DNA of 64,000 bases from Bugula neritina (GCA_964035545.1 OZ037767.1:15442998-15506997), one strand, 5' to 3'. Shown: positions 1-13,478, counted from the stretch's first letter. The notes: generated from the letters alone by a model not told the origin. Numbers and translations: made by a program.

Positions 1-344
1 AGAATACTCATAGAAACTATTATAATTATTGTTAGGATAACACAACTCATATTACTCAGCCTGTTGCGTTCTGTAAATAATACGGCATGCTATACAAAAT
101 TATAACATGCCTACATAAGCTGTTCATAATAATATAATATTTGGAGCAATATAAACTTTTAACTTCTTATATCTGAACTTTTGTACCATAAATGTAATTC
201 TACATAAAATTAGGCTTAAGTGTTATAAAAATCCAATTGAAGTCAGTTATTGTCTTGACGCTAAATAAAAAGCAATAATTAATGGAAGACTTAGAATGTT
301 TACAGCCTTATGTTATTTGTACTATTGTGATATTTATGTTTCCG

Positions 345-519
345 ACTATTATATAATATATGGTGCGAATGTTAATCGGTAATTTAATTTTGCAAATGCA
401 AGCAAACAAGCATGTGTAAGAGTAGTTTTCTCTCAAATCTACTCTTACACATGCTTGTTTGCTTGCATTTGCAAAATTAAATTACAGATTAACATTCGCA
501 TCATATATTATATAATAGT
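345..519. repeat. Near-perfect inverted repeat / hairpin (~80-bp arms, ~13-nt loop), MITE-like
   Basis: Left arm actattatataatatatggtgcgaatgttaatc...catgtgtaagagtag (345-425) is the reverse complement of ctactcttacacatg...attaacattcgcatcatatattatataatagt (439-519), with about 2 mismatches. Confidence 0.9.
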
Positions 520-721
520 TTTGCGGTGGCTTATAATATGTTAGCTTCATTCAAAATATCTGGCAAAAAGTTTATCATGAGCTAAATGATATGATCTCTA
601 ATGATCATCATAATTTTAACTCAATATATATTTATAAAATAATTGCTTCCAATAAAAAATGAAAACTTCCATATGCATAAAACACTTGCATGACATAAAA
701 GATGAAATGAAATACCCGGCT

Positions 722-3041
722 AAGCTAAGCACAGACACCACGATATTTGTGGGAGCTCTGCATGGTATATGCTGAACCCGGAAGGCTTAGCCTGTGTTAT
801 GGAAGAACTGTTTGGCCCAGTCATCTATGCCAGCATTGACACTGACAAACACAAATACCCAATTGGTAGGAGCTTAGTCTATGTTCTGACACAGCTATGC
901 AACTTCCTGAAACAGTTTGTGCTAATAATATATATAACGGAAAAAAGTATTTCTGTGAACTCATTTACAATTCCTCTATTTTATTATTATCACCTTTACA
1001 TAACTCTACTATAATAACACACAATTGTGTACTATATATACAATTTCGTTGTTTTTCTATAACTACATTGATATATATGCTATCTCTACTATCTATATAC
1101 TGCAGTCAACACTCTAAGGTTACATTGATATATTACATAGTGTAAATAATTTAGTAGCAGAACATGGTTGTATCTGTTGTAGGTTCTGACCGTGTGACTT
1201 TCAGCTGCCATGACAGCTACAGGAATGCACTTGACACTGCTTTTGTGGAAATAGAAATTCCAAAATTTACTAAGAATTAAAGTATTTGTGCTCTGCAACT
1301 ATTATAGTTTTTAAAATCATGTTTTTATATAAATTGACATAATATTTTTCATTACCTTTTTTGGTTTAAATTACTATATTATATTTGAATTTTTGCAAAC
1401 TTGTAGTGAAATTATGGAGCTAAACTGTGTATTTTACTTAAATAATTTGCAAGTACAACTAGACCCTTACTTGGAGGAATCTATCTGTTACGTGTGCAGG
1501 ATCAGTTTAGGGCCATAATTTTGCAGACATCCAATGTGCTCCAAGGTAACACAATTCCTTGATTATCTTGAGGAAAATTAGCTTTGCTTCTAAACCAAGA
1601 GAAAATATATTTGACAAGTATAAGTATTTAATTATTTAATTTAGGTTTTCATCTAATTTAATTATTTATTGCTATAAATTTTTATAAGACTTTTAGCAGC
1701 TCAAGATTTGCACATACAATTAATTTGATAATCTTGAAAGTGTAACTGCTACAATTGTTACCATAATTTATGTAATTATGATACATTATCTGTTGGTAAG
1801 AATAGACTTTTTCATTAAGAACACACAGGATAGTTAAGGGCAACCTTTTAGCTGCAACTGCCTTGCTGAGGTTTGCATTGTAATCATATAAGAATTCAGT
1901 ACCAGTGAAATAAAATCTCACCTAATTGTGCTAGAGTCAAAATTTAAAAACTATGTTGTAGATCTTTTTTTTCTCCAGTGTAAGTTTTTTGGAAATTTCA
2001 ATTTTCATTTTTTTTGCGAAGTTATAGACAAAAAACTGCCGAATTTTGGCCAGTTTTGCCTGAAAAGCTGACTTTTCAGTACCAGTAAAATATCTCAGCA
2101 GCAAAGCATGATATCTGAATAAAAATTGCAGTGCTGGAATCCTGAGATATTTCTCCAGTGTAAGTTTTTTTCTTTTTTCAATAACTCTGCTAGATTTCTC
2201 ATAAATTGGTGATTTATACACTGAAAATGCCATATTTTCTCATAAGAAACTAGCAGCGCGCAGCACTTCACGCTTCACTGAGCACGTAGGGGTGAGAAGA
2301 TATTGGCGCGTACATACTAATTACAGGCTAGCTAGCTGGCAGGCTATAATGAATAGCTCGCTTTGTACTTTGTTTATGTAGCACCCATAATGGAATGTTG
2401 ATAGATAACGCAGCCCTAACGAAGGTTGCTGCTTATTGGTTGTAGTTTAATCTTAGGCTAAACAATTACAAGTAGGCAACACGCATGCCACCCGCAGAGC
2501 AATATTATTCAAGAACCTGAACTACATTTTGAGAGAAATTTATGATATTCTTAGTGAGGATGCCCTTAACTATCCTGTGCATCTTTTGGCATGTCACTTT
2601 TCCAAGTTTACTGCAAACATGTCATGAAAAACGTTGCTGCATGAGAGCTATTAGAATCTCACTTAGTTTAAGTTGTTGAATATTTTAAAGAATAGTTTTT
2701 AATATACTGTAAAAACATTAGTATAAGGTACAAGATTATTAATAGTAAATTAACATATAGATGCATTATCATTATTAAAAAATCTTCAACATATCAGACT
2801 TTGAAAAAACACTACACTGCATGGCAATTATTTATTTGTCTGACTCCGCTAACTTTGCAATTCAATTTTTAATAAAATTGTTCTGGTTTTATTCTCCCAG
2901 TACTTCTGTGAACTCTGTTGGCGCTGGCAGCACGCTGACTTGGGGGAAGGAGCCCAGGCCCATCATCCTCTTACCAGAAACTCTAAAAAGTGTCGTGGTT
3001 TCTCAGAAGGAGGCTCTAGACACGCTAGAAATGGCATTTAA
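722..3041 (+). pseudogene. CPEB1: CPEB1-like 3' fragment (RRM2 + ZZ zinc finger), disabled copy; exons ~722-865, 1183-~1276, ~1453-1545, 2901-3041
   Basis: Translates to [42 protein letters not shown]|SDRVTF..AFVEIEIPKFTK|[25 protein letters not shown]|[20 protein letters not shown], matching the CPEB1/Orb RRM2-ZZ sequence. Versus copy 2 it has a +2 insertion (ggtATatg ~767), a lost exon-2 donor, an AG>AA exon-3 acceptor and an in-frame TAA. Confidence 0.9.
1824..2579. mobile_element. Non-autonomous CMC/EnSpm (CACTA-type) DNA transposon, 756 bp
   Basis: 19-bp TIRs CACAGGATAGTTAAGGGCA / TGCCCTTAACTATCCTGTG, 2-bp TSD (CA), internal direct repeats (ttctccagtgtaagtttttt x2, tcagtaccagt x2). Absent from the paralogous site in unit 2 (~25972). 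Confidence 0.85.
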
Positions 3042-3881
3042 ATACGAAACTGTTGCATATATCTTATATGGAAGTTATGTTTAGTGTCTCATTGTTGTTT
3101 ACTCTTGTTCTGTTTATTTTGCTATTTTGTTTGCTGCTATATTTTTCCAAGCTTTATTTTTTTAAGCCAGTGGTTTTAAGTAAAACTTTCTTTATTTCCT
3201 GTTTTAAATCCTTGCTTAGTAAACATCAAAAACAAACAAAAAATGATAAAAGGCTCCCTATAGTAAAGTGTGTAGATTTTAATAATTTAGTGAAGGATGT
3301 TTGAAGGTATTAGAGCTGTTTATTTGCTAGTCTTAGGGGTGTAGTTTTGTATTTTGTAGAATAATATTAGCTGTTATATTATATTAAACATAAATAAAAA
3401 ATCTCTCACATGAGTTATTGCCAGCAATTAAATTTGCACCCAATACTTGAATAAGATTATAAGGAACTATATATAGTATGATATATAGGTGCACTGTTAA
3501 ACCAAAGGTGCTTCATTGTTACTCAAACAAATTTATTTCTGTTTTTTTAAGGAAAATGATCAGTAGAAAAATTTAGATAGTTTACAAAAAGCAGCAAAGC
3601 TCAGAATTCAGAATAATATTTATATTCCATGCAAGATGCATTACATAATACTGTTTATTGAAAATGCATGTTGTATGTCGAGTGTTGATTACCAATATAA
3701 CTGAAATACAAAATCAGATTTATATATATCATATAGCTAAATATTTAGAGTTATACACAGTTAACTCAAATGTATATAAAGAGATATTACAGAAGAATAA
3801 AATGAAACTTTTGTTTAAAGAAATTAAAAAGAACATTTCAATATATTACTGTAAAAATTAGGTTAAAATCTTAGATAAATT

Positions 3882-6800
3882 CTAAACGAGCACATAGCAA
3901 GTAGAACTTGAAGAATTTTCAAACACAACTGAAACCTCATTATGAATATAACATTTAGCTGTAGAGGTTATTGAAAATGCTGCACAATTTTGATATTGCA
4001 CACTGCAAGCGTAGGCACATGATTCTATTGAGAGCTGTTTGAAAACCCCAACAGATTTACTGCTACACATGCGATCAGATAACGCTGAGAATCTTTTATG
4101 CTTTGGATGACTCAAGTAGTAAAAAGTTTGAGAAGTTTTGCTGTAGACAATGAAATTATTCTCAGTTGATGTGGCGGATATGAGGTCAAGGTCAGTGTTC
4201 AGACCAGTCACCACAACATCTACTAATCCAACATGGCCGCTACTCACTTTGAATCTCTTCAGTTTTCCTTTGTTTACAAACAGCTGCTGCCCATCCACAA
4301 CAATAGGTATGCAATTGTTGCTGCACTCAAAGCTGACAGTGTTGGTGTTTTTGTGAACAAGAGATTTAGCTTTGCAGGTTTTAATATCACTTGTAAGTGA
4401 AACAACTCCAAATGATTGAACTGTTGGATAATAAAAGTTGCTGGCAAAGCCAGTTACAAAACCAAACTGAAGACTGTAGTAGCCATGTATAATGATAAAA
4501 TATGAGGGATAGATGTTTAAAATTACAGAGTAGACATTATTGTTTTTCACACAATTTATGATTAGTCGTGTAACGTCTGCAAAGTATAAAATTGCCAGGT
4601 GAGTTGGTGAATCAAGTCTAATATCAGAGATTCGAGAGTATGTTTGATATGCAATGAGGGTACCTGCTTCACCGCAGTGACCAATCATAGCATAGTTTAC
4701 ATTTAGTAGGTCAGCAAGATTTACTGCTTTTATACAGTGCTCTGATTGGTCCGCTACAAAAATAGACTGGTTCTTGTAAGATTCTAAAAGGCTGAGTTTA
4801 GACAGGTTTGCAAAAATAATATGACTAATTGAGGTAAATGTGTAGGAATTTTGCATATATAGGCACAACCTTGTAGCTGCACACCAGCTACTACTGTACA
4901 GTCTCCATGGTGATTGATCTCTACAAGTTGTTTTGATGTAGCTGTTATTATTTTAGTAGAATCAGTTGGATGTTCAATAAAGGATATGATGTCATCAGTC
5001 ATTTTCTTGACCCCAATGTGACTAGTGGCCTGGTAAGGAGTGCTGGTTGGACCATCTGCCGAATCAGTTATTAACCTTTGACCTACAAACAGGTACACAT
5101 TGTTTAAAACTCAGGTGGGTTTTATATATCTGAAAAAACTACTGATGGAAAGGCTTTTTAAACGGACTAAAGATTTGCTTTTTATTAGGGCACAAGGGCA
5201 ATTATGACTAACATTACCAATACAGCATTTATATAACAGAAAATTGCTGTTTAACCCATATATATATAATAAAATATTCAACAATTTTAGCAATTTATGA
5301 AACTGTTCATGTAAAAACCAAATTTAAGAATCTTATCAAGTATTGCTGTAATTCTCCGCAAGTTGTGTTAGTTTGCTGAAACTTCATCTTTTCATATACC
5401 TATATAATACTTTAAACGGACATTGCATATGACTTGAATATTGATTAGCGCTACATGAATTAGCTTAGGGCTTGTTTGACAAAGATCAAAATTAATATTT
5501 AAATTATAATTATGTATTAAATATTGGACTATGGTATGTTCAAATTTGTTTTATTATTCTAAAACTTGTTTGATTTTATGCAAGTCCAACATTCTGGTCT
5601 CTAATGTAAACGAACAATTTTTATCATATCAACAAAGTGCTTAATGCAATAATTTCATTCTTAGCCAAATGGCAACTTTCTAACATGAGAACATGTGTTT
5701 ATTTAATTTTTAAAAACCATAACAATAAACATCTTTTGATAGCACTTTTGCAATATAGAATATTTAATTTAAATTGCGTTACTTTATATGGACTGCGGTA
5801 GGCATTATATGAATTAAGTTTTGTTTATATACCTTAACGATTTATAGTCAGAAATTCAATTTGGCAGAGTTGAAATTTTTCCAAGTTGCATTGCATTATG
5901 AAAGTCACTCGTAAAATTTTTTGTGCTGTGATAACTAAATCGGCCGAGTTTAAAATAACAATCAAAAGGAGTAATAACTCTTTGTAAACATCATTATTTA
6001 GTTATGACTTGAGCGACTATAAATGACAATTCAATATGTTTATAATTATATTGTCAACGCTTTCCCAATTATCGCTTTTATGCTGTCAATTTTATTAATT
6101 CAGGAAGTTTTCAAAAGTAGTCAAATAGCAACTTTCTTTCATAATATTATAGTACCATACTCTGATTACAAGTCTATGATCTAAACTGCGAAATGTTATG
6201 GTTACATAGATTGTGAATTTAAGTTGCATGGCAGAAACAAATATATTATAACTGCTTTTAGAATACATTATATATGCTTGTCCATTGATACTGGTTTTAT
6301 ATAACACCAGTCTTATATTACTGGCTTTATATAACAGCCGTCCTATATTACTGTTCTTATAAAGCCGGTCCTATTAAACCCCTCCTTTATTTCTATAGTC
6401 CTATATAATACCGGTCTTCTTAAAATAAGCTGGTCCCATAATATTGATCCTATAATATACTGATCCTATATTACCTACAATAGGCCTATAGTAAGCTGGT
6501 CCTATATAATATTACTTATAGTCCTACATTACTGGTCCTATACAATAATATAATAAGCTGGTCCTATATAATATAATAAACTGGTACTATATATAATATA
6601 ATAAACTTGGCCTATATAATATTAGTCCTGTAGTGCATGTTGGTGCTACAATACTGGTCTTATAATAAGCTGGTCCTATAGTACTGGTTCTATAATTAAA
6701 CTGGCTTCCTAACATTGTTCCTATCACTCACAATATATCTATAAAAATAATTGATTTATATATTATATATAGCTGAATAATCAGTATATCATAGTTTATT

Positions 6801-7753
6801 ATACATAGAAACAATAACAATTAATTTGAAGGACAGCTGTTTATAAACCAATCACATTACCTGGGAAAGTCTTGTAGATACTGTTTCTCCATGTTCCACC
6901 ACACATTTGACTACTGTTCCCTCTGCATGCTCTACGACACTCAGTTTCCCCTGCTTTACCATATTTGTTGTATTCAACACCACAATAACACTGGTCAGTA
7001 GATTGTACTCCTGCATATGGCTGTCCTGAAATTAGTAAATTACTAATCGATCTTTATAAATATAACAACACGATAAATCACAAAACACAATTTTTTTATA
7101 GTTCAGCTACAATTGGCAGATTCAAACTTATATATGCCTTTAAAATGGAAAAATACTGAAATCAATGAAAATTAAAAATAAACGTTTTCAAAGAATCAAA
7201 TAATTATCAGGTATAGTAGGTTCTTACAAAATATTTTTGGTATACTGCAGTTATTTTTGGAAACATTTATAAAAATATTTACCTTGTATAGTGCAGTAGC
7301 CAATACAAAGCTCCACGGTCATCAAACGAGTTGAAAATGCTATGGGTAACGCTCTGCTACTAGAGTCCTTGTAACAACCAATCAGCTGGTTGAGAGTGTT
7401 CACCAGATGCAAACACAGCCAGAGTTGCAGAAGCACTTAAATTATACAACTAAATTAGTCAATGTTTTGTAAAAAAAAGTTTGAACTAACAGACTCAAGT
7501 ATTTAAAAAAAATAAAATTTAGAATAAAAAGTTTTGAATAGATAAAATTGAAGCAAAATATAAAAGTATAAAAAATTTACATAGTAAGTTAAAACACATT
7601 TTTTTGTTTAGATATAAAAAACGGATATAATAATCTACATTGAAATTAACATTTCGAAATTTTTTAAGTTGATAAACATGTTTTTCATATTTTAGATCTT
7701 ACGAAGCTAACTGAAGCAAAGCATATCTTACCAAGCCTTAGCTGCAGCAACAT
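3882..7753 (-). pseudogene. Gene A1: secreted WSC / NHL-like / PAN-Apple protein, frameshifted; exons 7753-7732, 7435-7283, 7025-6861, 5082-3882
   Basis: GT-AG phase-1 introns join a signal-like peptide (MLLQLRLVLLQLWLCLHL), WSC (IGCYKD..RALP..MTVELCIGYC..G.PYAGVQ..QCYCG..C..C.GN..MCGG.WRNSIY) and the large last exon. A +2 TA insertion at ~4856-4861 splits that exon into ORFs 4784-5098 and 3882-4868; the A2 copy is unbroken. Confidence 0.85.
6290..6725. repeat. Degenerate ~16-20 bp tandem repeat (ctggtcctatataata-like) in intron 3 of gene A1
   Basis: More than 15 recurrences of ctggtcctata variants; a shorter version sits at ~29238-29457 in unit 2. Confidence 0.75.
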
Positions 7754-9317
7754 TTCATTATTACTATGTCTAGCCAATTCAACCTTTAATCATGCAGTAA
7801 ATTGGCTTTGAGTTTGTAATAACTTTTATTTCTAGATTAGAGATTTATTTTGGAATGCAAAATACATTAATTAGTTTGCACATATGTAAGATACACAACT
7901 TGGTTTGCCTGTGCAATTGTAACACTACTCCAACCTTATCCTAAAAGGCCTAGACTATATATTTATTTTATGAATTTATTTTCAAATATAAGGATACAAC
8001 TTGTTTGGAAAAATAGATCATGTTGTTAATGAATCGCAAAGTAAATGGGGAAATCTAATTGATTACAAATCGCAAACATCCCACATCCTATATATATACT
8101 GCACACTTTAAGCCGCACAATTATAAATTGTATAATTAGTTTTAATTTTACTTTAGGTAATATTTTAAACAATTTTTTGTAGCAAAATAATTTCTCATAG
8201 ACATTTTCTTGAATTAATTTTCGTTGACATGTGTTATAATGAATGATATATTTTGATGTTTACTTTATGTAACATTTTAACAACTCATATACTAGTATTT
8301 GTTTATTATAGATATGTCTATAATTTAGAATGAAATGAGATAAATTGTGCTACATTGTATGGGTATGCTGCTTTAAGATGGCAATTTTATATTTTTGCTA
8401 TAGGTGGTGCTTATAAGCAAAACATATTATTATGATTATCAATATAATTATTATTATAATGGTGTTATAACATTGACATATGTAAAATAATATAAATATT
8501 GATTTTTACATTATTTTAGGTTAATGTTGAAACAAAGATTACGTAGAGATATTACTTTTATAGTTGTTTTTCATTACTTGGTGTATCTATTATGACAACA
8601 TGCATTGAAATTATTCGCCCACTCTCAGTTACACAACAACTTTATTATAACATCAGGAGAATCACAATGAAACATGATACCAACATTCTATCTTCCATTA
8701 GCATGAAATATTTGACAAAGTTAAACATTATCAGACATTCAAATGTTTACTGTCACTATTAGCATGAATATAGATTTTTCATACTTTTTATGACACTAAT
8801 AGCATGAATTATCTTTGTATTCTGTTTATTTATTATAAATAATACATATACTTTACCAGTTTTCTATATCCGACGATCTTGCTGCTATAACACACTTTAC
8901 GTTACTTAATAATTGCAAAGTAAATATCATAAGTACATCTCTGAAGTTGCAGACACTTTGAACTGTAAGAACAAAGTTTTTAACAAGGGAATAATAAGGA
9001 AAAATCTATAAATGAAAGTTTTTGTTGTATGTGGGCATTGTTATAGGCTCTTTCAATAAGTTCACTTCGTAGATGCTACAACAGTAAGTTACTAACAAAC
9101 TTTATTAATTTTATAGTGAAATATCATTTTCTTAAATTACATAATTCAGCAGTTTTACTTTTTATGTGGTATATAGCTGATTAAAGCACTATATAGAGCT
9201 GAGAAGCTCTGAACTTTAGTGAAATTTCTATTTCATTATCAGAAGTGGTTGGTGCGTGTATATTAGTAAATGACTGTACTGTATTCTATGTGTGCATATA
9301 ACTCTTGAAAAGACTCT

Positions 9318-9376
<59 letters not shown>

Positions 9377-9380
<4 letters not shown>

Positions 9381-9625
9381 GTACTGATACAATTTTGGAT
9401 ATAAAAATAAACTTGGATCTTCATTTTAGCGACTACAATATTGTTTCACGCAGTGCAAGCTACGATCATCAGGTCGTTGTGTGTACGGTTGAGTGCTTTT
9501 GTTTTGAAATTACTCAAGCGTACACACAACGACCTGATGATCGTAGCTCGCACTACGTGAAACAATATTGTAGTCAATAGAATGAAGATCTAAGTTTATT
9601 TTTATATCCGAAATTGTATTAGTAC

Positions 9626-9629
<4 letters not shown>
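9377..9629. mobile_element. Palindromic (foldback) MITE embedded in a (TA)n microsatellite
   Basis: tttggtactgatacaattttggatataaaaataaac... mirrors ...gtttatttttatatccgaaattgtattagtaccaaa over ~118-bp arms. (TA)n tracts flank both sides (9324-9377, 9629-9676). Confidence 0.85.
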
Positions 9630-9688
<59 letters not shown>

Positions 9689-9833
9689 ATATATATAGAT
9701 ATATAGATATATAGATATATATGATAAAGTAAAATATGCCATCACACCACTTTCTCTAAATAGATATCAAATATATAACACTATATACAGTCACATGTTA
9801 AGTAAACAAAGAATGTGTTATATCAGAGTAGAG

Positions 9834-12410
9834 ATGAAGAATATTCTAGAAGTATACGCTCTGATTCTCCTTATACATGTGACTACTTCAGAATACATGG
9901 GGTGTTATAAAGATGAAATAGAGAGAGCAAATTGCCTTTAGTCGGGGAAATTACTAACATGGCAATATACTTTTGTATAGGCTACTGCATCTATAGAGGT
10001 AAAGATAATACGACGTAAATCTGTTTTTCTATTTAATATATTATGCCATAATTATATAAACTTTATTAGATATGTGATGTATTGAAATTGTGATTCTTTT
10101 ACATCAATTATATGACTATTATTATCTTTTTCTCAAACATAATATAAGCATATTATAATAATATTATATTATATTCTTATACAGCAATTATATTTTTATT
10201 ATGTTGTTCTCATCCAGTTATATAATACTTATGGCATCTTGATATTTAATTATTCTTGTACAGCAACTATATAAACATTATATAATTCTTGTATAGTAAT
10301 TATAAAAATGTTTCATTATTATTGTATATTAGATATATAAACATTATATCATTATTCTATTGTAATTATATAAATGTTATCTGTATATTTTAGGCCAGAT
10401 GTATGCTGGTTTGCAGGATGGCAGACAATGATTCTGTGGTACAACCTTTGACCTCTATGGAGCTCTAGACAAATCAAGTTGTAGCAGTAGATGCACGGGA
10501 AATGCGAGTCAGATATGTGGGGGAAGCTGGGCAAACAGTGTATACAGAGCACTGTCAGGTAAGATGAGACATTTTTAGATAAAATGAGAAAAGTCCTTTA
10601 GGTAATACATGAAATTGGAGTTTTTTAATCTTCACAATACTTATCAAATTTTATTTAACCAAATATTTACTTTTACAGACGATTGTTATTCTAAAAAATT
10701 GGCTGATAGCGAAATAGTTTTTAAAGGAATATTAAAATAATTAAACTCAATTAAGAAAGTTTGAATGATTTGACCTTAATACTTCTGACAAAAAGTATTA
10801 TTACCATGAATTTTTAATTATTAACAACTAATAATTTGTTTAATCTATAGCTACATTGTTTAGTTTATTTCCACACTCTTGTAAGTAACAGTATATGGTA
10901 TAGAACAGTATATAACATGTTTTTTGTTGACTCGGGTAAAATTTTTGTAACTTTATGATAAACTATAATAACTTAGCTCTTTTTGATATGCTAAATAAAT
11001 GTACATATCTTTATTATGTTAAAGCTTGCTAACCTAAATAATTATGTATATTTTAAGATATATGTAATACATATTTATTTATTTAGTAATATTTACTTCT
11101 GTGTTTTTATGAGTTTCTAGAATCATAGTTTTATTGTTACATTATTTATTATTATACCATTTTTAGAAAATGTCAAAACACGAAAAAACAAACCCGCAAA
11201 CTTAGTCCACATCAGAAATATTGAAGTTAGAGAAATAAGTGAGGAAATCATATCCTTTATCGAACATCCGGCTGATTCTACTAAAATAATAGCAGCTACA
11301 TCAAAACAACTTGTAGAGATCAATCATCATGGAGAGTGTATAGCAGTAGCGGGTGTGCAGCTACAAAGTTGTGCCTATCGATCAAATGAATTTTCTTTTT
11401 CCTCAATCGATCATTTCATTTATGCCCAGTTCACCAAACTGCAAGTATCTCACAGTCTTTTCAACAAATCAGCCATTTTGGTTGCTGATGCAGGTAATCA
11501 CTGCGTAAAGTTTCTCATTCTAAAAAATTTATCATCTTTTGAGTTTGACAATTCAATAAATGACTACCATGTTGGTAAGTGTGGATCTTTTAAAAAAGAA
11601 CTTTTGACTGAAAATATTCAAAATTTAATTGATCCTAAAGAAATGGAGCTAAATAGCCCAAAACATCTTTCTCTGTACCATGACTCTGAGACTATCAGAC
11701 TGGTTGTTAACTGTGTACTAACAGAAGTATACTCTGTTATTGTTAGTATCTATCCAACTCACACTGTGGCATATGAGTACAGTGGACACCCTGGGTATGT
11801 TACTGATGTTTCTGAAAATCTCTATTGGCCATTATTTCGATCAAAAGGATTGAAAAGTCTTTCAACTGATAACAGCACATTAATAAACCAAATCCTTGTC
11901 ATTAATGGGAGTTACTCAACTACTGCAAATTATTATTGCGATTCCAGGAACAGTTCTGCTATTCCCAGACTGTTTCAAAGTTGGCCTCTAATAATTGCAA
12001 ATGGTGAATTGAAATCCCTGGTTTATAATTTGACAAGCAGTGAAATCAAACTAACTAACATAAATATTGCTAATCTTTCTACAAAAACACCCCCTGAGTT
12101 TAACCTGTTCACTACAACAAAGGAATCCGATCACATTATTCTCTACAGTCAAAGCCTAAAGAAATTTTATTATGCAAAGGCATTTTCTCGCTATCAGAAA
12201 ATTCTGGAAAGGTTCTGTAGTAAATATGTTATAGAAAAAGCAATTGTGGGTGGACCTGAAAGTTGTGCTTACATCTGTAGTAAATATGGTAGTCAGTGTG
12301 TTGCTTTTTCTGTTAATGATTATGATAATTCTTGCTACATTCATGACCACTTTGACTTGGCCGAGGCCTACATATCTAATGACTCAGCTTGTTATTTATC
12401 TATATCATAA
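9834..12410 (+). pseudogene. Gene B1: WSC / NHL-like / PAN-Apple protein, disabled in the WSC exons; exons 9834-9998, 10394-10558, 11167-12410
   Basis: MKNILEVYALILLIHVTTSEYMGCYKDEIERA is followed by a +2 shift (gcaAAttg) giving TAG at 9939-9941. Exon 2 has TGA at a conserved WSC Cys (Q*FCG, 10429-10431). The last exon is fully open, with an ILVADAGNHCV motif and the PAN Cys pattern. Confidence 0.85.
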
Positions 12411-12571
12411 TTATAACATATAATTGCATAGTTGAACACCACTTTCTGATGACAACATTAATGATGCTTTACTCTAACTTATGTTAATTTTTAATAATCA
12501 TAATTATATTATTTTCATTCACTTAAATATTTTATGGAAATGATACACAGTGGTTTTTAAAAATTATATGT

Positions 12572-12681
<110 letters not shown>

Positions 12682-13099
12682 TACTATATATACAGAGTCT
12701 GTACTATATATTACAGACGGTAGATTGCTATATTATATTTGTGTATCAACAAATCAATAAAATAAAAATCGAAGATATTGTTTATTTGAAGCTTTTTTGG
12801 AAATTTATTATAAATATTTGTAGGTTGTGTAATTACTGATTAATAAATAATATTTATAACAGATGGTTTCATTATAATTTTTAGATGACATTGTTTTAAA
12901 GAACATAATATGTATTAATTCAATCAAATTTATTTGACCCACAAGAAAATGCAGCACAATTATTTGTGAATTAAAAACTTCTTATTAAATAAAGATTGAG
13001 TAATAACCAATTCAGTATATTTTAACTATTGATATACTTATATAAGAGAGTAAGTTAAACAGAAATGTTCATCTTTGCACAGATACTTGCAAGAATATC

Positions 13100-13478
13100 T
13101 ATAGTGTATATAGAACTTTATAGATATAGAAAAGTTATAGATATAGAATAGTTATAAGTATAGAATAGTTATAGATATAGAATAGTTATAATTATAGAAT
13201 AGTTATAGATATAGAATAAGTATAAATATTAAATAGTTATAAATATAGAATAGTTATACATTAGATATAAAATAGTTATAGATATAAAATAGTTATAGAT
13301 ATAGAATAAGTATAAATATTAAATAGTTATAAATATAGAATAGTTATAGATATAAAATAGTTATAGATATAGAATAGTTATAAATATATAGAATAGTTAT
13401 AAATATAGAATAGTTATAGATATAGAATAGTTATAATTATAGAATAGTTATAGATATAGAACAGTTATAAATATAGAA
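13100..13478. repeat. 16-bp minisatellite (tatagaatagttatag/a)
   Basis: About 20 or more tandem units; essentially identical copy at ~35985-36360. Confidence 0.9.

Noticed and set aside
2821-3304. ORFs 2821-3084, 3053-3304 and copies 26272-26644 as membrane proteins
   Set aside because: They are alternative frames over the last CPEB exon and its T-rich 3' UTR.
9395-9580. Small ORFs 9395-9580, 32157-32342, 32272-32499, 31962-32186
   Set aside because: These are chance ORFs in the palindromic MITE and TA tracts.
10429-10431. In-frame TGA at a Cys position in gene B as selenocysteine or readthrough
   Set aside because: The gene also has an upstream frameshift, no SECIS was recognised, and a single-base TGY>TGA nonsense change explains it.
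13100-13478. CRISPR-like array (also 44141-44293 and 6290-6725)
   Set aside because: Head-to-tail minisatellites without unique spacers, in eukaryotic DNA with no cas genes.
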